A stretch of DNA of 64,000 nucleotides from Cyanophora paradoxa CCMP329 (taxonomy: Eukaryota; Plantae; Glaucophyta): contig QPMI01000221.1 in NCBI GenBank assembly GCA_004431415.1, forward strand, positions 15,546 to 79,545. The letters run 5' to 3'. The position numbers were made by a program, and so were the translations under genes. Below the pieces are notes generated by a model. That model was not told the DNA's origin. It made no database searches and was given only the letters and a program-made list of their open reading frames with translations. Positions 33,858 to 46,800 of this stretch are shown here, one piece after another. How positions within the stretch are numbered: position 1 is the stretch's first letter; each line of letters starts with the position of its first letter.

Positions 33858-35182
33858 CTAAATATTAGCATCTCTGCGGGAGCTCATGAGCGATCGCCAT
33901 AGGCGCGGCGGACCACGAAGGACGCGATGCCGACAGAGGTCGAGCTGTTGACCTGCGCGGCGATGAGGGCGGGGTGCGTCAGCCACGCGGGGCTCAGGCG
34001 TGCAGGGTCGGCGAGTCGCGCCGCGGAGCCGCCGACCACGCCCCCCTACCACCCTCTCGCTTCGGCCGGGCCACGGGACCGCACCGTGAAGAGGTAGATG
34101 CCGGTCGTGAACGCCTGCGGGATCGATTGTACGATCTGCGCCGCAGAGAGGGAGGTCGTTCGAAAAGCACGGCACGCACAGAAAGCAGATACGGTAGATC
34201 TAGGCGCCCCAGCCCACGACCACACATGCCCTCGCGCGAGCCACGGAAGCTCACGCAGGATGTGTCTTAAATGGCAAGCCGCCCTATCTAGGCATGCCAG
34301 CGCCGGGTCGCACGCGTGCTAGCCCAGGACAGGTAGGACCCAGGGCCCCAAGCCGCCGGCGCGCGAGGGGCACCTTCAGGACTAGGGTGAAGATGGCTCG
34401 GAGTCTGCGGATCTCCCCCACGCGCTTCGGGTCGCTGTGCAGGATCTGCGGGCGGCGGGCGCGCGTCGGGCCGGGCCCGCCTCGCCCGACGGGCCGCGGG
34501 CCGCGCGCGGGGCCCGGGCGGGGCGCGCCGGGGCCGGCGCACCACGAAGGGCCCGACGGCGGGGATGCACGCGAAGGCGATGTCGAGGCGGCTGCGCGGG
34601 GACGACCTCGTCGGGTGAGCCGGCTGCGGCGCGGCCCCGAGGAGGGCGGCGGGGGTGGGGCGGGCCCGGGGGCGCGGGCTACCGCACCGCTGGAAGAGCG
34701 CGGTGAAGAACTTGAGCATGTAGACCGTGGACGCCGCGAGGGTGAAGGCCAGCGAGGCGCCGAAGTAGCTGTACCCCGTCCCATAGGTCATGTAGAGCCA
34801 GATGGAGAAGTACCTGCGGGGCGCGGGGGGTCAGCGCGACCTCGCCACGGGCCCCGGGCGGGTCGCTGCACGGGGCGGGGCGCGCCAGTCGGACGCGAGG
34901 TCGGCGTCCTCGATCAGCTGGGAAAGGGTCGCCAGCATCCTCCAGGAGTACGACCCCTGCGGCCGCTTCAGCCGGGACCGCCGGGCCAGGCGGCGCCCAG
35001 CGCGGCCGGGGCGAGCGCGCCGAGATGTACGGGCGGGAGGGGCGGCCTTGGTACGGATCGCCTCCGTACTCCTCGAGCTCCGGCCTCTCGCCGTACGGGT
35101 CCTGGGCGGGCCCGTAGGCGTCGTACTGTGGCTGCCTCGGCGTGCGATACGGATCCATCGCTGGAGGCTCAGAGGGTGCCAC
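33858..35182 (-). CDS. Hypothetical multi-pass membrane protein (weak XK-related resemblance)
   Basis: Spliced: MAPSEPPAMDPY..LIEDADLASDW|YFSIWLYMTYGTGYSYFGASLAFTLAASTVYMLKFFTALFQ|RLDIAFACIPAVGPFV|ILHSDPK..; hydrophobic segments. The 3' end is uncertain. Confidence 0.5.
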
Positions 35183-35434
35183 AACGCTTCGAAAACGAAG
35201 CGGAACAGCGATGCGAGGCTGGACGGAGCTCGGCGAGCCGGTGAAGCGCTAGTCTCGGAACCTCGGGAGCCCTGAAGTCAAGCGGGGACTCGAGCTACCG
35301 CCGCGATTTGAATGCTGGACGTTAGGAAACGCCAGTAAGCTTGGCCCAGCGACGCGAAATAGCTGCAGCTAACTGTCGGATGCGAGCTGGCGTACCCCCC
35401 TTGTGCTGCCAACTCAGTGCCAAGCCAGCGAGAT

Positions 35435-36888
35435 ATGGAAGAGCCTGCGCGCACCGTTGTCTTTTCGGACATCGATGGCACGCTAGCGTTCTACCCCGAG
35501 CAGTTCGACGGCGCGGGCGAGCTCACAAGTTCACAGGACGGGCGCCCCGCGTACAAGTGCGCCCTCTTGATCTGCGGCGCCCGCTGCGTGGATCGCGCAG
35601 CTTCCGGTGACCGGGGGCGCGCAGGGATTTCGCGACGGGACGCACGCTCCCTTGCAAGGCACTGCCGACGTCCACCTCGAAAGCAGCGTACATCAGCGAG
35701 CGGTCCGTACATGCAGTTGCTGCGCGCAGGCGCCGATTCGCGACGCAGGACAATCGAGCTGGTGCGGGCTCTCCAGGCGCGCGGCGTCCTCTTCGTTTTA
35801 GTCACCGCCGTTCGTATCTCCACCTTCCTTGCAAGGAAGGTCCGTCCCCAGCATGCTGCGAGCTGCTCCACACTGACCTGCAGCTCGCCGCACGCCGCGC
35901 CGCAGCCGCTGCTCCCGCCCGCGCACTACGCTTGCATCGAGAACGGCGGCCGCATCTTCAAGTACAATGACGCCAGTGCGCGGTGCCCTCGGCCGATTTG
36001 GAGCTCCTATCGTCCGCGCCGCTCACCGCTCGCTCGACTCTCAGCCGACGCCGGCAGTGCGTACGAGGAGGACGAGGAGTGGGCAGCCGCCCTCGCGCCG
36101 CACACGGGCGGGGCCCCGGGCGCGGAAGGCGAGGCGAGGGGCGGCACGCTGTGGGATTTCCACCGCGGCGCCCTCGCCGCCGGCTGGAAAACGGATCACA
36201 AGAGCTACACCGCCGACTTCCGCGTCGACCTGGGCGCCAACCCCGGGCGTACCCCGGCCGACCTCGACGCTCTGCGGCGGGAGGCGGCCGAGAGGGGCAT
36301 CGCATCCTCCCACAACCTCGGTGCCCCTTTGCGCTGCGCTGCCAGGCTTCCGGCCCTTTCCTCACCGTACCCCTCCCCAGGCAAGTGCGACTTCTACCCC
36401 AAGCAGTCGGGCAAGGTGTGTATCCATCCCCCATCCCACCGATTCAAGGATCCCTTAGGGGGTTTGCGCATGCAGGCGAACGCAGTGCTGTATCTGATGA
36501 GGAAGCTGGGGGTGGACCCCGAGTCCTGCCACGCTTGCTTCGACGGTGCCACCCTTTCTCCGATTCTAGCTCTCGGGGAAGCACGAAATAAACCGCGCGC
36601 CGCGCGCAGACGATAACGACGTGGAGATGGGCGAGGTGGTCGGGCGGGGCTGGCTCACGGGCTGCACGGGCGCCGGCGCGCTCCCGCCCTCCGCACCTCG
36701 CCCCCCCGGCGCGCCTCCCTCCGCGCCTGACGAAGGTGCGATCGGCGGCAGGCATCGAGGAGGCGCTGAGGAGGAACCCGCGCTGGCGGCTGTCGCCGGC
36801 GCGCGGCCCGCCCGCCATCGAGGGCGTCCTGGAGGAGATCCTCGCATCCCTGCCGCCGCCCCCGGCGCCCCACGCCGCCGCCTCCTAG
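35435..36888 (+). CDS. HAD-superfamily subfamily IIB (Cof/SPP-like) hydrolase
   Basis: Motif I VVFSDIDGTL; LVTAVR; IENGGRI; SGK|ANAV; motif IV CFD|DDNDVEM; short introns. Confidence 0.85.
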
Positions 36889-37377
36889 CTCGCCCCGCCG
36901 GACCGACCCGGTGACCCGCGCGACGGCCGCGGGGCGCCGTACTGCGGCATCGTTGCCGCTCCCTTCAAGTTCAATGAATTATGTATAATATCAGCGATTC
37001 GATATATATCCCGCGCGCCGGCGCGCGCGGCTGTGCTCCAGCTGCATGCGCGCGCGCAGCTGCAGCTGCAGCTGCAGGCTGCAGTGCTGAGCCGCAGTTA
37101 GCGCATGAGCAGCTATAGCTAGCACTAGCGCGTGCGCTCAGCTGCAGATGCAGCTGCAGCGCGGCTCTCAGCTGCAGGCTGACCAGTATGCAAGCTTTCT
37201 GTATACGTACACGTACCCCACCGAAACTCCACGGAGTCCACGCCGAGTCCACGGCGAGTCCACGGTCTCCACCGCCTCCGCGCGACTTCGCCGAGCATTG
37301 CCGGTGGGTGCATAATACTCGCACGGGCTCGGCAGCCGCGGCAGCACTGACTTCTCTGCTCAGCCCGGACAATTGCG

Positions 37378-38959
37378 ATGCTCAGCCGGCCGGCCTCCGC
37401 CGGCCTCTTCGCGCTCGCACCGCTCCCGCTCGGCATTCCTGTTCTCGCCGGCGCCGCCGCTCTCGCTCTGGCCGTCCTTCTCCGCGGCCCGAGCGAAAAG
37501 CACACCGCAGACGCTCGGGCTCGCGCTCTCCAGCGCGGCGATCCACTCACGACAATTGTCTACATGCGGACAGGTTTGCGCCTGCTGTCCGGAAATCGAT
37601 CCCTGACGCCCCGCTCCCTGCAGCTGCTCCCTCGAGCTGGCCGGAGCGCAATCTCCTGCTCCGCGACGCGGCGTTCGCTGCTGGGCAAGCCGTCGTTGCG
37701 CACAAGTGTGCCCCTGCCTGCGGCTGGCTCAGCCCGCTTTCTGCGCACGCCGCGCGCTCGCCGGGATGGCTGGAGCGGACACCGCCCGCCTCCGCGGGGA
37801 CGCCTAGTGCTCTCCACTGCCTTCCTCACTTTGTCCCTGGTGCTATCTATCAGGTTCAGCGCCAGGCTCGTACAGCTGGTCACCGGCAACTTCGAGAAAG
37901 ACCGCGCCGCAGGCGTCCGGTTTTTCTCCAACATGACCGCGGCGCGCCCTCGCCCTCGGGATCGCCGTCCTGCCGGGGCGCCGCGCATGCGCTCACTTTC
38001 GCGCCAGGAGGAGAGGATTGTCATGAACGCGGCGCGCCCTCCTTCGCCTCCCGGCCCGTGCTAAGCGCGCGCTCACGTTCGCGCCAGGCGGGGCCGGTGA
38101 TGGTCGCTCTCCACTTCACGGTGCGGCCAGCGAGTTTGCCGGGCTCGCCGCGGGTTCTGACGTCTATCCCAGAAGGAGGACGCGCTGTCGATGCCCGAAA
38201 TCTGGACCCCCGACGTGGAATTCGCCGCGCGGGCAATTGGCGCCGTGGATCCATTCAGCGAGCTCCCGGACCTGCTTCTTCCTCCGAGGCCGCCCTCCCC
38301 CCACCGCCGCCTCGCGACCCGCCCGGTGTCGCTGGCCCGCCCGGCGCGCTGCCCGTCGTTTCGAGCCGCCGACGGGTCCCGCAGTTCGAGGAAGACTCGC
38401 TGGAATTCCAGCTGGCGTACTCCGCGTGGCGGCATCGGGCCGTTGAGGAGGGGCGCGGCGCCCGGCCGCTGGAAGCCTACTTTGCGAGTGAGTCCGGCCT
38501 GGGCCGCAAATGCGCGGCCCAGGCCCCGCCCGACTCGCGTGCGCGCGCGCGTGCAGCGCGCAGGGCTCTCGAGATCCTACGCGAGGGCTGGCCGGCGGTG
38601 AGCCCGCCCGCCCGCCCGCCCGCCCGCCCGCCCACCCGCCCCGCCGCCCTGCCTTTCGCTTGGGCACGCGTGACCGCGGGCCCTCCGCCTCGGCGCGCGA
38701 CAGGTGGTGGCGCTGACGCAGGCGCTCTTCCAGCGCCGCGCCCTCGGCGGGCAGCAGGTCCGCGCCCTCCCGCAGGCCCCCACTCCGCCCCGGCCGCCCA
38801 CGCCGGCGCGTGCAGGCGACGGAGCTGATCGAGGTCGCCATCGCCGGCGCGGCCGGCGCCCCGCCGGCCCGCCGGGACCGCCGCCCCAGTGCGCCGGCGC
38901 CCGCCGGCGACAGAGCGGCCGGTCGATACGAAGAAAGGCCCATCGCCCTCGCCTCCTGA
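37378..38959 (+). CDS. Membrane-anchored peptidase M41 (FtsH protease domain)-like protein, apparently inactive
   Basis: N-terminal hydrophobic stretch; AAFAAGQAVVAH where AYHEAGHAVVA is expected; C-terminal RALEILREGWPA|VVALTQALFQRRALGGQQ|ATELIE resembles the FtsH terminal helices. Confidence 0.5.
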
Positions 38960-39299
38960 AGCCCGCAGCCTAAAGCTACCTTCCTGCCCTTTGAGCCAGC
39001 CACTGCCCGTCTGTAATTATGAACAACGTCAACCTCCTCGCTGCAGTGCAACATGGGCAATCTCATCATGTCTTAAAAGACAATCCCTGAAAAGCAAACG
39101 GACAACTTGGCAAGTAGCGGCACTACCGATGATACGCGAGCGCGGGTCTAACCGGTCGAAGCACATATATACCTATCTTGCCCCAGATCTAGATGGGGAC
39201 GCGGCTCAGGCACACGGAAGGGTCCAGTACAGGGCAAGCGTTAACGTCCAAGACAGCGGAGCAGCGTGAATCAGTGAACATAGAGGCCCCCGACGGGCC

Positions 39300-41703
39300 T
39301 CATTCGACGCTCCGGGGCCTGTTGTCGAACTGCGCTCGCAGCGCCTGGTGGTTCTGGTCGAACTGCGGGCCCGGGGGTATGGCGTTACTGCAGCGGGGCC
39401 TCGGCGGAGGGGGGCACGGGTCGCGCACCGGCGTGACGTGGGAAGTCTCGTAGGGCGTGGGGCCGGAGACCTCGTCGACGCGGAGCGCGGGGGCGGCGGG
39501 GGCGTCGAAGTGGTGGACGGGGTCGTACTCGGGGCCCTGCGGGGCGCGTGAGCGGCGCGGCGAACGAGCGCGAGGGGGGCGGGGCCGGAGGGGACCTCCT
39601 CGACGGTGGGGATGATGGAGCGCGGTTGCTGCCCGGGCGCCGACGAGCGCCGGCTGTTCGCGAACGACGCCGCCTCTGCGGGGCGCGGCTCGGCGGGGGC
39701 GGGGCGGGCGGGCGGGGCGCGGGGCGCGGGGCGGCACCGTGGGCCTGGGCGACGAGGGCGGGGTCGGGGATGTCGGTCATGGAGGCCCGCCGGAAGGTCT
39801 GGCTCCGGATCACCGACGGCTTCGGCGTCAGGCCTGCCCCCGCACCCGCACCCCGTGAGCGCCCCCCCTGGCGGGGCGGGCCGGCGGCGGCGGCGAGGAG
39901 CCGCACCGGCGCCGTGGGCGGGGCTGATGGTGCCCGGCCCGAAGCTCCGGGGTTGCGATATCGAGCTCTGCGGCGCGCCGCGTCGGCAAAAGAAATAGCG
40001 GTCCGGGAGGCTGTCGGTGCCGGGGCGAGGTCTCGCCTGGCGGGAGAGTCCGGTGGCGAGGGGTACGGCGAAGGAGGAGGAGCGGGAGAGGCTCTTCGTG
40101 CGCTCGATGACCTGCGGGGGTGCGGGGTTCGGCGCGGGCGCGCCCGCGGGGTCCAGGGCGGCTCACGTCGGCGGGGAGAGGGGTCGTCTGCGGCTTGGGC
40201 GCCGTCGGGTCGCGCCCCTTCGACGGGACCTGCCGCGTACCCGCTCGGGGGGTACCGCAGCGCACGGGGAAGGGAGCGGGGGGGTACGGGGTACCGCAGT
40301 ATCGAGCTCCTCGATCGCGTCGCGCAGGCGCGCCTCGAGCTTCGAGCTGCTGAAGCTGCGCGCGCGCTTCGGCGGCGGAAGGGGAAGAAGCCCCCCGCGC
40401 GGACTCGAACCTGATGTCCACCACGACGAACTGGGTCAAGTCTCCCCAGTCCTTGACCTGGGGTAGGGGGCGGTCAAGGGACGGACACGGCGTGGGGACA
40501 AACCGGCAGGGAACGCCATCAGGGGCACTCAACGTATTTAACCTGAGGTAGCGGGCATTCAGGGGGGTGGGGAAGGGGGGGGAGGGGGGGGGGGGAAGGG
40601 AGGGGAAGGAGGCAGCGCGGACCTTGTCGTACATCTGGCGGGCCTCCTTGAGGTCGAGGCGGTCCTTCCAGAGCTCCTTGACGAAGTCGGCGGAGGCGAA
40701 GTTGGGCCGCTCCGGCGCCTCCCGCACCACGTCGATCAGGTACGTCTGCGCCCGCCCGCCCCCGAGCCGCTCGGCGCGCGGCGGCCGGGCGGCCGAGGCG
40801 GCGGCCGGGGGGCACCTGGACGACGTCCAGGAACTTGAGGGGCTCGATGTCCGTGAGGGCGTTGTTCTTCATCGGATCCTGCCACCCGCGTGAGCCGCAC
40901 GGAAGTTGGCGCCGCACGCGAGCGGCCGGCCGCCGGCGCGGTTGCTCGCCTTGTCTGCGCGGGGAGGGGCATGGCGGTTAGTTGGGGGGGCGGCGCGCGG
41001 CGGCCGCGGGGCGGGCGAGCGGCGAACGCACAGAAGATCCAGTTGAAGGGCCCGCCTGCAGGGCGGGTGCGAGTGAGCGGCGGGCACAGGAACGGACGCG
41101 GGGCGCGGGGCGCGGGGGCGCGGGGGCGCACCGAGGAAGGCGGTCTGCTCGTGGATCTTGACCTGCTCGTGGATCGTGCCCCGGCTGCTCGAGAACGCCA
41201 GGAAGAGGGGCTTGCCTGCAGACACGCCGCTGCGTCGGCCGCGGACGCCGCTGACCGGGCCGGTGGCGCGTCCGCTGGCGGACCGGCAAGGTACTCGACG
41301 CGAAAGAGGATGCGCTCTCGGAACGTGTTGTTCGGGTTAAATACATCTGTCGTGTACTGCGCCCCGCTCAGCGCCAGCCGCGGGGGTGCCTGAGAGCCTC
41401 GGAGAGGACGTACGGCGACGCCCTTGTGGATCTTACTGCTCTCGTTGGTCAGGCCGCGCTCTATCCTTCTCCCAACGACCCGAATGCGGTGCTCTCCGAA
41501 AGTGCACCTGCGCGGCAGGCGGACACACAACCTCTGATCAGCAGCCGAGGGACTGGATTGTCAATCAGACGAAGCCAGGATCGCACCCTTCGACGCCCAG
41601 GTTCTTGATCTCATCGATCTGCGCCGCTACGTCTGAAAAGACCGTGGCGGGCCCCGCGACCCGAACGCACGGCGTCGTGAACTTGTGTGACGGTGCTCAG
41701 CAT
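39300..41703 (-). CDS. Hypothetical protein (intron-rich, coiled coil, Pro-rich tail)
   Basis: Consistent exon chain, e.g. YTTDVFNPNNTFRERILFRVEYLA|GKPLFLAF..|TYLIDVVREAPERPNFASADFVKELWKDRLDLKEARQMYDK|VKDWGDLTQFVVVDIRF. No family recognised. Confidence 0.65.
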
Positions 41704-42263
41704 GGCGGCTGGGCGCAGTAGCGGACGTCCTTTAAGCGTGATGGACCGGACTGATACTGAGGCGCTGCTGGAGCCGGTTGAGAATCGAAGTCGACCGCGC
41801 CTCCGTCTTCGGAGGTTGGGGCTCGAGGGGGCCGGGGGGTACGAGCGCTAGCTCTGGATCGACGCACGAGGCGCGCTCATGCAGTCGCGGCTGGCGCTCT
41901 GCGATGGGCTCCGCTTGCAATTGTTCCAAGCGTGCGGTATCGCTCGAGCTCGAACTGTTATCTCGGAGCTCGCCGCAGCGCTGGCGCTGGCGCCGCGGCA
42001 CCCGCGCGCGCGCGCGCGTTCGCGTTCATCTAGATGGTCTGTAAGCAAATGGACCGGGAGTACCAGCCGACGTTAATTTTTTGATTTGACGACGCGCTCT
42101 GATCTGGACCCTGGAGCCGCTGCGCAGCGTTCGGGGGATCCGATGATTGGGATGGACGAGAGGAGGATGGGCGCCGGCCGAGGTCCGGGATGCCCGCAGG
42201 GCAAAGACTCGGGGAGAGAGGGGGAAGGGAGCCAGGCAGGACGGCCGAGCCAGCCCGCCGGCG

Positions 42264-43651
42264 CTATACAGCCTCGCCGTAGAAAGGTTGCTCGCCAAGG
42301 GGCTTCTCGCAGCCCTCGAGGCAGCACTTGCCCTGGGCACGCAGTTAGACGAGGGGTACGTAGATGTTGAGCGCGCGGGGGGGGGAAGGGTGGGACCACA
42401 CCTGAGCCTGCCACTCGCGGTGCCTGAGCCAGGAGCTGCTCGCCTTCCCCTCTACGCTCCTGACAAATGCAGAGGCCATTTAGGGGGGCGCACAGGGCGG
42501 GAGCGGGGGACACGGACGCGCCTGGAGTCGCTGGCGGAGACGTGGGGGATCACGAGGAGGCTCAGCGGCTTCAGGCCGCGCTCCCCGCGGGTTCTGTTGA
42601 TCGCCTCGCCGCCGGCCTCGGTCTCCTGGCTGCGGGCACCGTCAGCTGGGCGCCCCTCGGATCTGCGTCCGGGGAGGGCCTCGGAGGGCACCTGACGACG
42701 AGGCACTCGAGTTCCGCAGAGACGGTCGTGGGCCCGTAGGGCTCTTCGAGGCGTATCATCTGCCCGCGCGACGCGTCAGCGCCTGGCGGGGCGCTGTGGC
42801 TCGACGCCGGCGCGCCTCGATCTCGATGTGGGGCTTGGAGGAGCGCAGGAAGGCTCTGACGCGGGCCATGCGGAGCTCGACCGGCTCTATGAGCGTTTTG
42901 TGTTTCTTCTTGCTCAGCATCGCCGGCCCGTCTGCGCCCCGCTCAGAAGAGACGAGGGGGCAACGGCAGGCGCCTCGCGGGCCGGGGGCGCGCCCGTGAC
43001 GCCGACGTAGATCTTCTGCGTGCATGCGAGCGCGGCGACGGTGAGGAGGAGCTTGTGCCCGTTGTGAAGCCGGTCGAACGTCCCGCCGAAAGCCACGGTC
43101 CGGAAGGCCGGCCAGCGACTCGAGGACGGCGCTGGCTCGTGCGGAGCGATGGCTTGCGGTGTGCGCTCGACTCGCACGGGCGCCAGACCTCCGCGTTGCC
43201 TTCGCTTGCCGTTCAGAGCGTCCGGCGTGAGTTCTGTTGGGATGTCGCGCGGCGGTGTCAGACAGCATCGGGGGGCCGCCGGGGTTGCGCTGCACCTGGC
43301 ACGTATCCGGAAGGGCAATACACGATCTCGATGTCGGGATGCAGCTCCAGACCTGCCATGGGGTCCTCGGGCGTCGCAGCGACGAGAACCCTGACATCGA
43401 GCGCGGGCCGGGCAACGATTGCTTGGCTGTAGCACTCCCCAACGAGTCGCATGAGCGCATCAAACTGTGAGGCGCACGTCAATCGCTAGGGGCGTCGCGT
43501 CGTGGACGCGCTCGCTTACCGGCCCGTCACGGAGCGAGCTGGAGAGGCAGATGGACAAGCGATCGGCGGAAGCCGCAAGGGCCACGTTCAAAGCGGCTCT
43601 GCTTGCCTCGCCACCGTCCGGCAGCACGGCGCACGCGTACGCGCACTGCAT
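42264..43651 (-). CDS. coaD: Phosphopantetheine adenylyltransferase (eukaryotic PPAT/CoaD)
   Basis: VAFGGTFDRLHNGHKLLL, YVGVT|DGPAML, EPYGP, SQETEAGGEAINRTR, KASSSWLR. Confidence 0.92.
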
Positions 43652-43843
43652 TAGAAGTGGTTCCAGAGTCCAGCAGCTCGACAGCTCAGGGTGTATACTC
43701 AAGAGATCAAGAGATCAAGAGAGTCAAGACGCGTTGCTCGAGCTATCCAGCTATCTGGCAAGTAACCTGCAGCCGGAGCAGCCGCTGCAACGGGATGGAG
43801 CGCGTACCCGTTTGTCAGGGGGTACATAGAACCAGCACAATTT

Positions 43844-46800
43844 TCAGGCGAAGCCTCTTTCAGGCAAAGCCTCTTTCTCAAACCCAAAAACCGACGATCT
43901 AAATTCCTTTTTTAACCTTTTTTTCCACTCAAGATCCCCCCTGCTTAATAATTTCCGTGTCGCACTCCCTCGAGGCAGAATTAATAATTCTGCCTCGACA
44001 CGGACGCGATTGCTGCTAGTCACTCAGCCACACGAACCCCCACAGACCTCTCTAGATCCATTTTTAGCGTCGTAGCTGCCCTAAGACGACCGCTCCCCCG
44101 TAGGCATCCCGCGAAAATCGAATTTCCCTCTGGATCAATTCCGGTACTTAACCTCCGACAAATGCAGTCCGAGTCCGAAGGTGGGACCCGGTCCCGCCCG
44201 GTCCCGCGACGAAATCGCGCCAGGGACGCCCCAGAACGATACAGAATGACGCGCGAGGGCGAGCGCATCGCACTCCCTCGAGGCAGAATTAATAATTCTG
44301 CCTCGACACGGACGCGATTGCTGCTAGTCACTCAGCCACACGAACCCCCACAGACCTCTCTAGATCCATTTTTAGCGTCGTAGCTGCCCTAAGACGACCG
44401 CTCCCCCGTAGGCATCCCGCGAAAATCGAATTTCCCTCTGGATCAATTCCGGTACTTAACCTCCGACAAATGCAGTCCGAGTCCGAAGGTGGGACCCGGT
44501 CCCGCCCGGTCCCGCGACGAAATCGCGCCAGGGACGCCCCAGAACGATACAGAATGACGCGCGAGGGCGAGCGCATCGCCGCAAGCTCGATTTCGGGCGC
44601 CGTCGACGCTCCAGTGCGAAGAGTCGGCCGAAAATTTGATCCGGCCGGATCCCCCCTGCTTAATAATTTCCGTGTCGCACTCCCTCGAGGCAGAATTAAT
44701 AATTCTGCCTCGACACGGACGCGATTGCTGCTAGTCACTCAGCCACACGAACCCCCACAGACCTCTCTAGATCCATTTTTAGCGTCGTAGCTGCCCTAAG
44801 ACGACCGCTCCCCCGTAGGCATCCCGCGAAAATCGAATTTCCCTCTGGATCAATTCCGGTACTTAACCTCCGACAAATGCAGTCCGAGTCCGAAGGTGGG
44901 ACCCGGTCCCGCCCGGTCCCGCGACGAAATCGCGCCAGGGACGCCCCAGAACGATACAGAATGACGCGCGAGGGCGAGCGCATCGCCGCAAGCTCGATTT
45001 CGGGCGCCGTCGACGCTCCAGTGCGAAGAGTCGGCCGAAAATTTGATCCGGCCGGTTCCGGCCGGTCCCGCGACGCGCGCAATCCATGCGTACTGGCGCG
45101 CATAGACATAGCAGCGCCTGCGCACCCCCGAAATCCGCTTTTCGGAGCCGGAAGAGCGCAGGAAGGTACCCGACGGCAAAAATTCGATCCTAGACAGGCC
45201 CGGAGATCTTTCCGCGCGCCCACGCCGCGGCGCATGCGCGGAACGATAGCATAAGCATTTGAGATGTAGACAAAGCATTCCGCACGCTTTACAGATGCGC
45301 CGGACCGCGGGGACCCAGCCGACCCCGAAAATTCGATCCTTCACGGACCTGCACATCTTTCCGCGCGCCCTCGCATCCTCACGCGAGCGCATCGCTACAG
45401 TATTCAGTTGAGATCTTTTTAAAGCTTTTCGCAAGCTCTGCGGGCGCGACAGGGCACGAGAACCCAGCCGACGCAAAAATTCGATCCTGAACGGGCCTGC
45501 ACATCTTTCCGCGCGCCCACGCCGCGGCGCATGCTCAGAGCTTTCCGCGCGCCCTCGCATCGTCACGCGAGCGCATCGCTACAATATGCATTTGAGATCG
45601 TTTTAAAGCTTTCCGCGAGCTCTGCGGGCGCGACAGCGCACGACAACCCAGCCGACGCCAAAAATTCGATCCTGGCCACGCCTGCACATCTTTCCGCGCG
45701 CCCTCGCCTCCGCAGCCCCGCACATCGATGCTATATGCATTCGCTGGCCAGTCGCTGAGTGCCCTATAGGCCTACTGTGACAGCCGCGAGGGCGTCCGCG
45801 AGGCTTCGCCGTACTTAGTGCTCCGCAGGAGCACGGATCTTGTCTCAAACCCAAAAACCGCCGACCGAAATTCCTTTTTTAACCTTTTTTTCTACTCGAG
45901 ATCCCCCCTGCTAAATAATTTCCGTGTCACACTCCCTCGAAGCAGAATTGTTAATTCTGCCTCGACACGGACGCGATTGATGGACATTACACAGCTGCCC
46001 GAACCGCCACAGACCCCTCTAGATCCATTTTTAGCGTCCTAGCTCCCCTAAGACGACCGCTCGCCCGTGGGCGTCGCACGACATCGAATTTCCCTCTGGA
46101 TCAATTCCGGTACTTAACCTCCGACAAATGCAGTCCGAGTCAGAAGGTGGGACCCGGTCCCGCCCGGTCCCGCGACGAAATCGCGCCAGGGACGCCCCAG
46201 AACGATACAGAATGACGCGCGAGGGCGAGCGCATCGCCGCAAACTCGGTTTCGGGCGCCCTCGACGCTCCAGTGCAAACAGTCGGCCGAAATTTTGATCC
46301 GGCCGGTTCCGGCCGGTCCCGCGACGCGCGCAATCGATGCGCACTAGCGCGCATAGGCATAGCAGGGCCTGCGCACCCCCGAAATCCGGTTTTCGGAGCC
46401 GGAACAGCGCAGGAAGGTACCCGACGGCAAAAATTCGATCCCACACGGGCCCGGACATCTTTCCGCGCGCCCACGCCGCGGCGCACGCGCGGAACGATAG
46501 CATAAGCATTTGAGATGTAGAAGAAGACTTCCGCACGGTCTCTAAATGCACCAGGCCGCGAGGACCCAGCCGACCCCGAAAATTCGATCCTGGACGGACC
46601 TGAACATCTTTCCGCGCACCCTCGCATTCTTGCGCATGCATCGCTACAATATTCATTTGAGATTTTATCAAAGCCTTCCACAAGCTTCGAAGACGCGAAA
46701 GAGCACGAGAACCCAGCGGACGGCAAAAAGTCGATCCTGCACGGACCCGGACATCTTTCCGCGCGCCCACGCCGCGGCGCATGCGCGGAACAATAGCATA

